DNA from: Bacteroidota bacterium
GTDB lineage: Bacteria; Bacteroidota; Bacteroidia; Bacteroidales; UBA10428
Direction: 5' to 3'
Assembly: GCA_003252385.1 (NCBI GenBank)
Contig: QKEH01000114.1
Span: 14,440 to 78,439, forward strand
Length of the DNA stretch: 64,000 nt
Shown here: piece after piece, positions 40,775 to 50,609 of the stretch
Layout: every line of letters starts with the position of its first letter
How positions within the stretch are numbered: position 1 is the stretch's first letter
Notes under the pieces: model-generated
Databases searched by the model: none
What the model was told of the DNA's origin: nothing
What the model saw: the letters and a program-made list of their open reading frames with translations, nothing else
Translations under genes and position numbers: made by a program

Positions 40775-41578
40775 TTATTTTTTATTGTACTTAATCAGAA
40801 TATCAACCAGTGAGATAGAAGAATCTTCCATACGGTTTACCATGCTGTCGATTTTAGACAGGATAAAGTTGTAGAACACTTGCAGAACCATGGCCACAAT
40901 AAGACCGAATAATGTAGTAAGAAGAGCCACTCCAATACCACCCGCTACAATTTGAGGAGAAACGTTACCGGCTGCACGGATCATATCGAATGCCTGGATC
41001 ATACCAATTACTGTTCCCATGAATCCGAGCATAGGAGCCAGTGCGATGAAAAGAGAAATCCAGCTCAGGTTTTTCTCCAGAAGACCCATTTGAACACTAC
41101 CGTAAGAGATGATTGATTTTTCTACCATTTCCAGACCTTCATCAGAACGGTCAAGTCCCTGGTAAAAAATACTGGCCACAGGACCACGAGTGTTACGGCA
41201 AACTTCTTTTGCTGCTTCAACACCACCCTGGTTAAGAGCTTCTTCGATTTTGCTCAGTAATTTATCGGTATTGGTAGTCGCCATACCCAGATAAATAATA
41301 CGTTCGATAGCCAGCGCCAATCCAATGATAAGACAAAGCAGTACAACGCCCATAAAGGCAGCACCACCTTCAATAAATTTAGCTTTTACGGTTGTATGCA
41401 ACGGCACCTCAGCAGGAACTTCATCAGTGGTTGCTGCAGCAGCGGGTGCAACAGCAGCAGTGTCCACGGCAACAGTATCTGCTGCTTCGGCAACTGCCTC
41501 GTCCTGTGCGCTAACTATAGATGATACTCCAAAACTTAGTATCCCAATTACTGCTATAAATGCAAATAATTTTTTCAT
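40775..41578 (-). CDS. exbB: MotA/TolQ/ExbB proton channel protein
   Basis: APMLGFMGTVIGMI and ALLTTLFGL; signal peptide and Ala-rich linker. Confidence 0.9.
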   Translation of the reverse strand: MKKLFAFIAVIGILSFGVSSIVSAQDEAVAEAADTVAVDTAAVAPAAAATTDEVPAEVPLHTTVKAKFIEGGAAFMGVVLLCLIIGLALAIERIIYLGMATTNTDKLLSKIEEALNQGGVEAAKEVCRNTRGPVASIFYQGLDRSDEGLEMVEKSIISYGSVQMGLLEKNLSWISLFIALAPMLGFMGTVIGMIQAFDMIRAAGNVSPQIVAGGIGVALLTTLFGLIVAMVLQVFYNFILSKIDSMVNRMEDSSISLVDILIKYNKK

Positions 41579-41883
41579 GATTTACTTAAAGTTTAATTAT
41601 TAATTGTTTCCTATTTTATTAAGATATTAAAATCATTTCCTTTTGCACTCTTCACAAAATGTACCCAAATACAAAAAAGAAATCTTGTTATTTCAAAATG
41701 ACGGCATGCTCTCATCTGCCAAATTGTCCTTCGCTTTATCTTCTGCCCTACTGCTACCGGGCAAACATCCCTCCTGCGGAACCGAAAAGGAAGAACTGCA
41801 ATAGTATTTTGGCAGTACCCCGATTGCCTCTTCCGTAAAATTATTCTCTAAAAATACTTCAAAGAAACTGCATTCGCAACATG

Positions 41884-41973
41884 CGGAGAGAGAGGGATTC
41901 GAACCCTCGATACCGGTTCACGCGGTATACACACTTTCCAGGCGTGCGCCTTCGACCACTCGGCCACCTCTCC
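41884..41973 (-). tRNA. tRNA-Ser(GGA)
   Basis: GGAGAGG acceptor, CACGC-CTGGAAA-GTGTG anticodon arm, long variable arm and TTCGAAT T-loop; CCA not encoded. Confidence 0.95.
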
Positions 41974-42139
41974 AAAATCTTCCGTTTGACCCGGCTTTTT
42001 TTCGCGACGAAAATTACTAAAAAAAATTTAATTGCAAACGATGAAGTGCTTATTTATCGGCGCTTTTGCCTATTTATATCCTTTATAGATCACGGTATTC
42101 AACCTGCTTTTTGTGCACAACGAAAGCGGTTGAACGTCC

Positions 42140-42916
42140 TTAAATTGTCTGCAGTTTAAATACTTCTTTGGCATTTGAGGTTGTAACCTTTGCCACCTGC
42201 ACAATCGAAAGTTTCTTAATTCCAGCTACATGCTCGGCAATAATGCGTATGTAGGCGCTTTCGTTCCGTTTACCCCGGTGGGGCACCGGTGCCAGATAGG
42301 GCGCGTCGGTTTCGAGTACCAGGTGCTTCAGATCCACTTGCCGGACCACCTCGGAAAGTTGAGAATTTTTAAAAGTTACCACCCCGCCTATGCCCAGAAA
42401 AAAGCCAAGCGAAACAATTTTCTCAGCCTGTGGAAGCGTACCGGTAAATGCATGAAATACGCCTGTAAGCCGGCTGTATTTGGTTTGGCTGACGATTTCA
42501 AAAATTTCATCAAATGACTCGCGGGCATGAATGACCACCGGAAGATTGTGATCCAATGCCATTCCCAGTTGCATTTCGAACACGTTTTGCTGCTCCTTAA
42601 AATAGGTTTTATCCCAGTAGAGATCGATACCGATTTCACCCACTCCCATATAGCGTTGGCTGGCCAGGGCATCGGACACCGCCTGCACTTCCTCTTCGTA
42701 ATCGGTGGTAACGTGTGTGGGATGCAATCCGGGCAGCGGAATACACAAATCGGGGTGGCGCTCCGTAAGGGCAAGAAGTGCCGGCATGGACGCTTTATCA
42801 ATATTGGGCAGAATTATCCGGGACACCCCCTCGCCCTTTGCCCGGGCGAGTACCTCGTCCACATCGTTGGCAAACTGCTCTAAATATAAGTGTGCGTGTG
42901 TATCAATAAACTCCAT
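42140..42916 (-). CDS. tatD: TatD family DNase
   Basis: IDTHAH, GEIGID, IHAR and LETDAPYL motifs; start at ATG 42916. Confidence 0.93.
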   Translation of the reverse strand: MEFIDTHAHLYLEQFANDVDEVLARAKGEGVSRIILPNIDKASMPALLALTERHPDLCIPLPGLHPTHVTTDYEEEVQAVSDALASQRYMGVGEIGIDLYWDKTYFKEQQNVFEMQLGMALDHNLPVVIHARESFDEIFEIVSQTKYSRLTGVFHAFTGTLPQAEKIVSLGFFLGIGGVVTFKNSQLSEVVRQVDLKHLVLETDAPYLAPVPHRGKRNESAYIRIIAEHVAGIKKLSIVQVAKVTTSNAKEVFKLQTI

Positions 42917-43104
42917 AAACAAGGTGCTTTCTGAAATAAACAGGGATAGAAACTGGAAGCGACCGGCGAAAATAGTCAATTACATTCGCTGTACAAAAAT
43001 AACTTTCCATTCATGCGAAAGATAGCTGATAATAGTGTCGGCCAGGTGATCCGTATCGTCCACGCCTTCCATCCCAAATGGAGCAGGCTTTGCAGTAATA
43101 CCAT

Positions 43105-44202
43105 CTATATTTTACGGTACACTTTTCCGGGAAGGGATTTTACCAGCCCCTTAAACTCCAGCTGCAGCAACTGAGCCGAGAGGGTGGCCACCGGCAGGTC
43201 GAGAAACCGGCTGATCAAATCGAGAGGGGAGTCGCCCTGCTCCATCAGATAGTTAAGGATTCTGTTTTCCGCATCGGTCAGATCGAATACGATTTGTTTT
43301 TGAACGGCAGCAGCCTGAGCCATCCAGCCCAAAGCCGCTTCCACATCGGCACTGCATTCGACCAGGGCTGCCTTATTCCGTTTAATCAGGTCGTTGCACC
43401 CCTTGGAATGAAGATCGGTAGCACGCCCCGGCACGGCCAACACGTCGCGATTGTAGGAATTGGCCATGTCGGCGGTAAGCAGGGCTCCACCTTGAGGCGC
43501 CGATTCTACTACCAGTGTGGCATCGGCCAATCCGGCAATGATCCGGTTTCTGCTGATAAAATTCCCGGGATCGGGTTTTCGTTTGCCGCGAAACTCGGTT
43601 AATAACGCCCCCTGCTCTCGGATTTCGCGGGCTATTTGGGCATGTGCCGAAGGGTATAAAAACTCCAGGCCATGCCCCAGTACCGCCACCGTTTGAAGTT
43701 TATTCTTCAATGCTGTGCGGTGGGCGCAAATATCTATTCCGTATGCCAGTCCGCTTATTATCAGCGTCTTAGGAAATGACCGAGCCAGGCCGGCAATAAT
43801 TTCCTCCGTTATGGCCTTACCATATTCGGTTGCACTTCGGGTTCCCACAACAGACAATACCCGGTCGGTATTGTAATCGGTATCACCTCTGGCATAAAGA
43901 ATAACCGGGGCATCCTCGCACTCGGCGAGTCGTTTCGGATAATTCGCGTCGAGATAGAAATAGGTTTGAATGCCGTGTTTTTGGATGTATTCCATTTCCT
44001 TCCCGGCCTCCGACAGTATTTCGGATGTGTGCAGATCGGCCAGTATTTGCGGCCCAATGCCAGGGATTTTTTGCAGTACACTTTTCTTTTCGGTGAAAAC
44101 CGCTTCGGCACTGCCGGTATAGGCCACCAGCCTGCGAGCCAGTAGTGGCCCGATATGCGGGATTAAATTGAGCGCTATTTTGTATTGAAGCTGAACCGGC
44201 AT
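43105..44202 (-). CDS. dprA: DNA-processing protein DprA
   Basis: SVVGTR, ISGLAYGID and RNRIIAGL motifs; C-terminal winged helix. Confidence 0.94.
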   Translation of the reverse strand: MPVQLQYKIALNLIPHIGPLLARRLVAYTGSAEAVFTEKKSVLQKIPGIGPQILADLHTSEILSEAGKEMEYIQKHGIQTYFYLDANYPKRLAECEDAPVILYARGDTDYNTDRVLSVVGTRSATEYGKAITEEIIAGLARSFPKTLIISGLAYGIDICAHRTALKNKLQTVAVLGHGLEFLYPSAHAQIAREIREQGALLTEFRGKRKPDPGNFISRNRIIAGLADATLVVESAPQGGALLTADMANSYNRDVLAVPGRATDLHSKGCNDLIKRNKAALVECSADVEAALGWMAQAAAVQKQIVFDLTDAENRILNYLMEQGDSPLDLISRFLDLPVATLSAQLLQLEFKGLVKSLPGKVYRKI

Positions 44203-44214
44203 TCCTGTAAAAAG

Positions 44215-44688
44215 CTACTTCAAGCTGTCCAGAGTATGCAGTAATTGGCCCAATTCGCGTTTGTTCAGGCCGGAAAGACTCACCGGGTGGTATTTGGCCA
44301 CTTTATCTTTGATCTGTTCGAAGAGGACCAGCTTTTTCTTTCTCCCCCAGAACGACTCCTGGATTTCATACCCCCGAAAAGCATCGGCTGCAATTTCGAT
44401 AGAATTTTTTTGCTTATTGAAGATACTCATGGAGAAATAGCGTAAGACAATAGAACGTGCATCGCTGCGAAAGTAAATGTAGTTGAGTTCGAGGCGGCTT
44501 TCAATAATGCTGCTTACCAGGTACAGCACCACCATAACCACCACGATTTGAACGCGCCCCAAGCCCAGTATCTTCATCCGGGTGGGCATAAAATAGATGA
44601 TTAAACAAGCGGCAATAATCAACCCAAACAGGGTAAGCATCCGGCGAACCTGGGTTCGCAATACGGTTCTTTTAGTATCGATCAGCAT
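44215..44688 (-). CDS. Hypothetical two-TM membrane protein
   Basis: Two hydrophobic helices followed by a basic soluble domain; co-oriented between tadA and dprA. Confidence 0.7.
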   Translation of the reverse strand: MLIDTKRTVLRTQVRRMLTLFGLIIAACLIIYFMPTRMKILGLGRVQIVVVMVVLYLVSSIIESRLELNYIYFRSDARSIVLRYFSMSIFNKQKNSIEIAADAFRGYEIQESFWGRKKKLVLFEQIKDKVAKYHPVSLSGLNKRELGQLLHTLDSLK

Positions 44689-44743
44689 AGTGTGCCTGGC
44701 TTAGAGGTTCATTGGATAGAACGTAAAAATAGGGTATTTTGTA

Positions 44744-45190
44744 TTACCGTTTTCTTCTAAAGAAATCCTTGAGCAAATTTTCCGATTCTCCTTCCAGCAC
44801 CCCCCGGGTTACCTGGGTACGTGGATGCAAAAGGGTGGTTCCGGTAAGACTGTACCCCCGCTTGGGGTCGGAAGCCCCGTAGACCAAGCGGCCGAGTTGT
44901 GCCCAAAACAAAGCACCAGCACACATTACACAGGGTTCCAGCGTAACATACAGGGTACATTCATTTAAATATTTACTTCCCAAGTAGTTGGCAGCAGCGG
45001 TAATCCCCTGCATCTCGGCATGGGCAGTTACATCGTTGAGTTTTTCGGTCAGGTTGTGAGCCCGGGCAATGACCAGTTGGTTAACCACCACTACCACGCC
45101 CACCGGCACCTCATCGGCTGCAAACGACTTTTTCGCCTCCGCCAGTGCCTGCCTCATAAAATATTCATCATTAAGGTATTGCTGTTCCAT
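44744..45190 (-). CDS. tadA: tRNA adenosine(34) deaminase / nucleoside deaminase
   Basis: EVPVG, TAHAE and TLEPCVMC zinc motifs. Confidence 0.88.
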   Translation of the reverse strand: MEQQYLNDEYFMRQALAEAKKSFAADEVPVGVVVVVNQLVIARAHNLTEKLNDVTAHAEMQGITAAANYLGSKYLNECTLYVTLEPCVMCAGALFWAQLGRLVYGASDPKRGYSLTGTTLLHPRTQVTRGVLEGESENLLKDFFRRKR

Positions 45191-45303
45191 TCCGAAAATA
45201 AACTATCCAAACAACAGGTTCCGTTTCAGGGCTGATTTTTTGCTATCTTCACCTTCTGAAAAATGCTACTTTTTTAGAAATAACGCAGTAAAAATAGAAT
45301 AAA

Positions 45304-47061
45304 ATGTACAGGACTCATACTTGTGGAGAACTAAATATCAGCAAGGTTGGTGAAATAGTAACCCTAAGTGGCTGGCTGCAACGGTCGCGCGATCTGGGCG
45401 GAATGACCTTTATTGATTTACGCGACCGCTATGGAATCACGCAGCTGGTATTCAACATGGATACCAATGCCGAATTGTGCCGGAAAGCCCGAAAACTGGG
45501 ACGCGAATACGTACTTCAGGTGATAGGCACCGTGGCAGAACGCAGCAATAAGAATCAAAAAATTCCTACGGGCGAAATTGAAATCATTGCCGAAAAACTG
45601 GAAATCCTGAACAGCTCGGAAGTTCCGCCGTTTACCATCGAAGACGATACCGATGGTGGCGATGAACTGCGCATGAAATACCGTTACCTGGACTTGCGGC
45701 GCAATGCAGTACGGAAAAACCTGGAACTTCGCCACCACATGGCGCAGGAAATCCGCAACTACCTAAGTGCGAAGAAATTCCTGGAAATTGAAACTCCGGT
45801 ACTCATCAAATCCACTCCGGAAGGCGCCCGCGATTTTGTAGTGCCCTCGCGTATGAATCCCGGACAATTTTATGCCCTGCCCCAGTCGCCCCAAACGTTC
45901 AAACAACTACTTATGGTGGGAGGATACGACCGCTACTTCCAGATTGTGAAGTGTTTCCGCGATGAAGACCTGCGCGCCGACCGCCAACCGGAGTTCACCC
46001 AGATAGACTGCGAAATGGCCTTTGTGGAGCAGGATGATATTCTGAATGTATTCGAGGGCCTCACCAAAAACCTGCTGTTAAAAGTTAAGAATATTGAATT
46101 CGATGGCCCTTTTCCCCGCATGCCCTATTCCGAAGCCATGGAAAAATACGGCAACGACAAGCCCGACATTCGTTTTGGCATGACGCTGCATGAATTGACC
46201 CCGCAGGTGAAAGGCAGTGGCTTTGTGGTGTTCGATTCGGCAGAATACGTGGGAGCCATTAATGCTGAGGGCTGTGCCGAATACACACGCAAGCAGCTTG
46301 ATGAGTTAACCGATTTCGTAAAGAAACCCCAGATAGGAGCCAAGGGTCTGGTATATGTTAAATATCTCGCCGACGGCACCCTGAAATCATCGGCAGACAA
46401 ATTTTTCGACCAACAAGCCTTAATAGGCTGGGCAGAAACCTTACATGCCCAACCCGGCGACCTGCTGCTGGTGCTTGCGGGCGACCGCGCCACCACCCTC
46501 AACGCTTTAAGCGAGCTGCGTCTGGAAATGGGACGCTCGCTGGGGCTTATGAATAAAGAAATGTTTGCCCCCCTGTGGGTCGTTGATTTTCCGTTGTTGG
46601 AATGGAACGAGGACAGCCAGCGTTTCTATGCCATGCATCACCCCTTTACCTCGCCATGCAAAGAGGACATTGCCCTTATTGACAGCGACCCGGGTGCCAT
46701 CCGCGCCAACGCTTACGACCTGGTTATTAATGGAGTGGAAATTGGAGGGGGATCGATACGGATCCATAATGCCACGCTGCAACAAAAAATGTTTACCGCA
46801 CTGGGGTTCAGCGATGAGCAAGCCCGCGAACAGTTTGGCTTCCTGATGAATGCCTTTAAATACGGAGCTCCGCCCCATGGTGGTATTGCCTTTGGTTTCG
46901 ACCGCTTGGTGGCCCTGTTCTCCGGCCTGGATTCGATCCGCGATGTAATTGCCTTCCCAAAAAATAACTCGGGTCGCGATGTAATGATCGATTCCCCTTC
47001 GACCATAGAAGAACAATTGCTCAAAGATTTGTCGCTGGAAATAAACCTAAAGGCCGAATAA
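45304..47061 (+). CDS. aspS: Aspartate--tRNA ligase
   Basis: [35 protein letters not shown] and PPHGGIAFG motifs. Confidence 0.97.
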   Translation: MYRTHTCGELNISKVGEIVTLSGWLQRSRDLGGMTFIDLRDRYGITQLVFNMDTNAELCRKARKLGREYVLQVIGTVAERSNKNQKIPTGEIEIIAEKLEILNSSEVPPFTIEDDTDGGDELRMKYRYLDLRRNAVRKNLELRHHMAQEIRNYLSAKKFLEIETPVLIKSTPEGARDFVVPSRMNPGQFYALPQSPQTFKQLLMVGGYDRYFQIVKCFRDEDLRADRQPEFTQIDCEMAFVEQDDILNVFEGLTKNLLLKVKNIEFDGPFPRMPYSEAMEKYGNDKPDIRFGMTLHELTPQVKGSGFVVFDSAEYVGAINAEGCAEYTRKQLDELTDFVKKPQIGAKGLVYVKYLADGTLKSSADKFFDQQALIGWAETLHAQPGDLLLVLAGDRATTLNALSELRLEMGRSLGLMNKEMFAPLWVVDFPLLEWNEDSQRFYAMHHPFTSPCKEDIALIDSDPGAIRANAYDLVINGVEIGGGSIRIHNATLQQKMFTALGFSDEQAREQFGFLMNAFKYGAPPHGGIAFGFDRLVALFSGLDSIRDVIAFPKNNSGRDVMIDSPSTIEEQLLKDLSLEINLKAE

Positions 47062-47086
47062 ACTGTTCTCCAATAAACACGGTTTT

Positions 47087-47674
47087 ATGGAGAAGATAGC
47101 ATTGGGAGCCCACCCCTACCTTTACCCGTTACCTACGGTTATTGTTGGGACCCGGACAGAAGACAAACCGAATTTTATTACCGTATCCTTTGTGGGGATT
47201 GTGCAACAGCACTCTCCCCCAATGATTTCGGTAACGCTGCATAATAATCATCATACCAGCAAAGGAATCCGGGATACTAAAGCCTTCAGCATCAATATTC
47301 CCAATACCCGATTGCTGGCTAAGACGGATTATGTAGGTATGACCTCGGGACTTACGGTTGACAAATCGGAGGTATTCGAATTTTTTGAAGGCCACATAAC
47401 CGGCTGCCCCATAATCAGGGAAACGCCTCTGAACCTTGAATGCCGACTGATAAAGGAAATTGAATTGGGAGGAGAAAGTGTGCTTTTTATCGGCGAAATC
47501 GTAGAAAGCTATTCGGCACGGAAGTATCTGAAACGCGGCATTCCTTACGTACCCAAACTTCGACCCATACTTTTTTCGATTAATACCAACAGCTATTACC
47601 GTGTAGGCCGAAAACTGGGAAAGGCCTGGCATGAAGGCCTAAGGATAAAAGAAAAAGTGAGAAAGTTATCCTGA
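47087..47674 (+). CDS. Flavin reductase-like (flavoredoxin) protein
   Basis: YPLPTVIVG, FSINIP, G..SG..VDK, LECRL and FIGEIV motifs. Confidence 0.85.
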   Translation: MEKIALGAHPYLYPLPTVIVGTRTEDKPNFITVSFVGIVQQHSPPMISVTLHNNHHTSKGIRDTKAFSINIPNTRLLAKTDYVGMTSGLTVDKSEVFEFFEGHITGCPIIRETPLNLECRLIKEIELGGESVLFIGEIVESYSARKYLKRGIPYVPKLRPILFSINTNSYYRVGRKLGKAWHEGLRIKEKVRKLS

Positions 47675-47709
47675 GTCACTTCCAGTAATCCAGGTTGTAT
47701 TAGTCAGGG

Positions 47710-49497
47710 TTAATCCAGTTTCAGTACTGCAAGGAAGGCAGACTGGGGCACCTCCACATTGCCTACCTGGCGCATACGCTTTTTACCCTTCTTCTGCTTT
47801 TCCAAAAGTTTCCGTTTCCGGGTAATATCGCCCCCGTAACATTTGGCAGTAACATCTTTCCGAACCGCCTTAACGGTTTCGCGCGATATAATTTTGGCTC
47901 CAATGGCGGCTTGTATGGCTATATCAAACTGTTGACGGGGAATGAGCTCCTTCAGTTTTTCGCAAATACGTTTTCCAAAGGAATAGGCATGATCCTTATG
48001 GATCAGCGCTGACAGGGCATCGACCATTTCGCCATTGAGCAGGATGTCGAGCCGCACCAGGTTGGCGCGCTGATACCCGATCTGATGGTAATCGAACGAA
48101 GCATACCCTTTGGAAATGGATTTCAGCTTGTCGTAAAAATCAAACACAATTTCCGACAGAGGCATTTCGAAGGTGATCTCCACGCGATCGCTGCTCAGGT
48201 AGACCTGGTTCTTCATCACCCCGCGTTTGTCGATGCAGAGGTTCATAATGGGCCCAACATAATCGTTTTTGGTAATAATCTGTGCCAGTATGTATGGCTC
48301 TTCAATGTAGTCGAGCAAGGTAGGTGCCGGCATACCCGACGGGTTATGTACATCGATTACTTCGCCTTTGGTGGTATAGGCTTTAAACGATACGTTAGGA
48401 ACCGTTGTGATTACGTCCATATCGAATTCGCGATCGAGCCGTTCCTGAATGATTTCCATGTGGAGCAAACCCAGAAAGCCGCAACGGAATCCAAAACCCA
48501 ACGCAGCCGATGATTCCAGCTCAAACACCAGCGAGGCATCGTTAAGCTGGAGCTTCTCCATGGAGTTGCGCAGTTCTTCGTAATCGTCGGCATCGACCGG
48601 ATAGATACCGGCAAACACCATGGGCTTTACCTCTTCAAAACCTTCGATAGCACTGGTACAGGGGCGCGCTACATGGGTTATGGTATCGCCCACCTTCACC
48701 TCACGCGAGCTTTTGATCCCGGAAATGATGTACCCCACATTACCGGCCCGGAGTTCCTTCCGAGGCTCGGTTCCCAGCTTGAGTACTCCAATTTCATCGG
48801 CATGGTATTCTTTTCCGGTAGCCACAAACTTCACGTGATCGCCCGGCCGGATGGTTCCATTCATAATTTTGAAGTACGAAAAAATGCCCCGGAACGAATT
48901 GAACACCGAATCGAAAATCAATGCCTGCAGAGGGGCTTCCGGATCGCCAACGGGATGAGGAATGCGTTCCACAATAGCTTCCAGAATGGCATCAACTCCC
49001 ATGCCTGTTTTACCGCTGGCCTCAATAATGGTGTGCCGTTCGCAGCCAATGAGTTCGACTATTTGATCTTTAACATCTTCGGGCATGGCACTGGGCATGT
49101 CCATTTTATTGAGTACCGGAATAATTTCCAGGTCGTGTTCAATGGCAAGATAGAGGTTGGATATGGTTTGCGCCTGTATGCCCTGGGTGGCGTCCACGAT
49201 GAGCAAAGCCCCTTCACAGGCAGCTATGGAACGGGAAACTTCGTAAGAAAAATCGACGTGCCCCGGAGTATCGATCAGGTTCAGGAAATACTTACCATCG
49301 GGGCGGTCGTATTCCATTTGAATGGCATGGCTTTTAATGGTAATCCCTCTTTCGCGCTCCAAATCCATATTATCCAGCACCTGATCCTGGAATTCCCGCT
49401 CACTCACGGTTTGGGTGGCCATAAGAAGCCGATCGGCCAGGGTACTTTTACCGTGGTCGATGTGAGCGATGATGCAAAAATTCCGAATGTTCTTCAT
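47710..49497 (-). CDS. lepA: Translation elongation factor 4
   Basis: [25 protein letters not shown] and KCYGGD. Start at ATG 49497; TATCTTTG element at 49523-49530. Confidence 0.97.
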   Translation of the reverse strand: MKNIRNFCIIAHIDHGKSTLADRLLMATQTVSEREFQDQVLDNMDLERERGITIKSHAIQMEYDRPDGKYFLNLIDTPGHVDFSYEVSRSIAACEGALLIVDATQGIQAQTISNLYLAIEHDLEIIPVLNKMDMPSAMPEDVKDQIVELIGCERHTIIEASGKTGMGVDAILEAIVERIPHPVGDPEAPLQALIFDSVFNSFRGIFSYFKIMNGTIRPGDHVKFVATGKEYHADEIGVLKLGTEPRKELRAGNVGYIISGIKSSREVKVGDTITHVARPCTSAIEGFEEVKPMVFAGIYPVDADDYEELRNSMEKLQLNDASLVFELESSAALGFGFRCGFLGLLHMEIIQERLDREFDMDVITTVPNVSFKAYTTKGEVIDVHNPSGMPAPTLLDYIEEPYILAQIITKNDYVGPIMNLCIDKRGVMKNQVYLSSDRVEITFEMPLSEIVFDFYDKLKSISKGYASFDYHQIGYQRANLVRLDILLNGEMVDALSALIHKDHAYSFGKRICEKLKELIPRQQFDIAIQAAIGAKIISRETVKAVRKDVTAKCYGGDITRKRKLLEKQKKGKKRMRQVGNVEVPQSAFLAVLKLD

Positions 49498-49623
49498 GCG
49501 ATACCCTTCTAAAGTTAGCCGACAAAGATATCTATTTCGCCTTAATTGCGAAAACCGTGAAACAGAATAAACCCAGCGTAGGCAATGGAAAAAATTAAAA
49601 TTAGTATACCCCTGTAAGTCTAA

Positions 49624-49661
49624 CAACAAAAAGATTGCAAGAGTTTTCCTCTGCAAAATCT
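49624..49661 (-). terminator. Probable terminator of the TonB-receptor operon
   Basis: Minus strand AGATTTTGCAGAG-gaaaa-CTCTTGCAATCT followed by TTTTGTTG; imperfect stem. Confidence 0.5.
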
Positions 49662-49907
49662 CTATCCCTAAGCAATAGAAACTGACGATAAATCAACGAT
49701 TAGTCTTCCAAATACATTATCTGGGTTAATTTAAAAATACCCCAAGTTCGCCATGCTCTATTCTCTTAATCATTTACCACTAAGGCAACTTATTCCGACT
49801 AAACTTTTAAACCCCGCTTAACCGATATCAACCAAAATAACGGTTAACCTCCAATGTTCAGGGAAGACAGCCTATCCGGCTTTAAAGAACTACTTAGGCA
49901 AGCGAGA

Positions 49908-50609
49908 TTACTGGTTCAGGTAATCCATTACCCGAGCAAAGTCGCTCTCCTGACTAACTTTTAAGCGATTTTCGGTTATGAATGCCTTAACCTGAGCGAA
50001 ACGATCCGGAAAGTTCTTTTTAAAGAAGGATTCTTTCAGTTTGACCCTAACCAACTGATTATTAATAAGGCAGTAATATCGGAAGCCGCTTTTAAACTTT
50101 TCGGAATACAAAGCATCGGGTGTTGACAGCTTAATCTTTTCCTTATAGACATACTTCAGGAAAGCCTGTTCGCCGGCACTCAGCACCTGAAGGAATACCC
50201 GATCGTGCGAATGGAATCCTGAGTTTTCGGGTTGATAGCACCTAAAGGTTACTCGCCTGCCCAGGTAATCGAGAGAAAAGGAATCGACCACTTCCGAAGG
50301 CATTGCCACAATGCGTTTCTGAAATTCGTTATACACCAACAGCTGATGAGCACAAATATCCAAAATGATGGGAACCTGTGGTATTAGCGAACCATCTTTT
50401 AGACGTATCGATCCACTGGCTCCGTTGGGCTGCAGGTAGGGATTTCCTTGCACCCGGGCATATAAAATCGGATTTAACCCTCCGACCAGCGAATAAAACC
50501 GGTGTTCGGGGTATACCTCCGAAGCCCTTTGCACGTACTGAGCAGAAAGACTTCCTCCAAGGCACGTTAAAAGAATGAGTAAAATCCGGAAATGGGGTCT
50601 ATTTTGCAT
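49908..50609 (-). CDS. Hypothetical exported protein (last gene of the TBDR/DUF4249 operon)
   Basis: Signal peptide (...SLSAQ), GNPYL motif and C-terminal VKAFITENRLK...DFARVMDYLN. Confidence 0.7.
   Translation of the reverse strand: MQNRPHFRILLILLTCLGGSLSAQYVQRASEVYPEHRFYSLVGGLNPILYARVQGNPYLQPNGASGSIRLKDGSLIPQVPIILDICAHQLLVYNEFQKRIVAMPSEVVDSFSLDYLGRRVTFRCYQPENSGFHSHDRVFLQVLSAGEQAFLKYVYKEKIKLSTPDALYSEKFKSGFRYYCLINNQLVRVKLKESFFKKNFPDRFAQVKAFITENRLKVSQESDFARVMDYLNQ

Noticed and set aside
41425-41500. GCAGCA-type repeats
   Set aside because: They encode the Ala-rich linker of ExbB and are not a repeat element.
41600-41880. Possible riboswitch upstream of exbB
   Set aside because: Only small hairpins, one probably terminating tRNA-Ser; no cobalamin, TPP or SAM consensus recognised.
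41881-42159. 92-aa ORF MRRERDSNPR...
   Set aside because: Classic antisense translation of tRNA-Ser.
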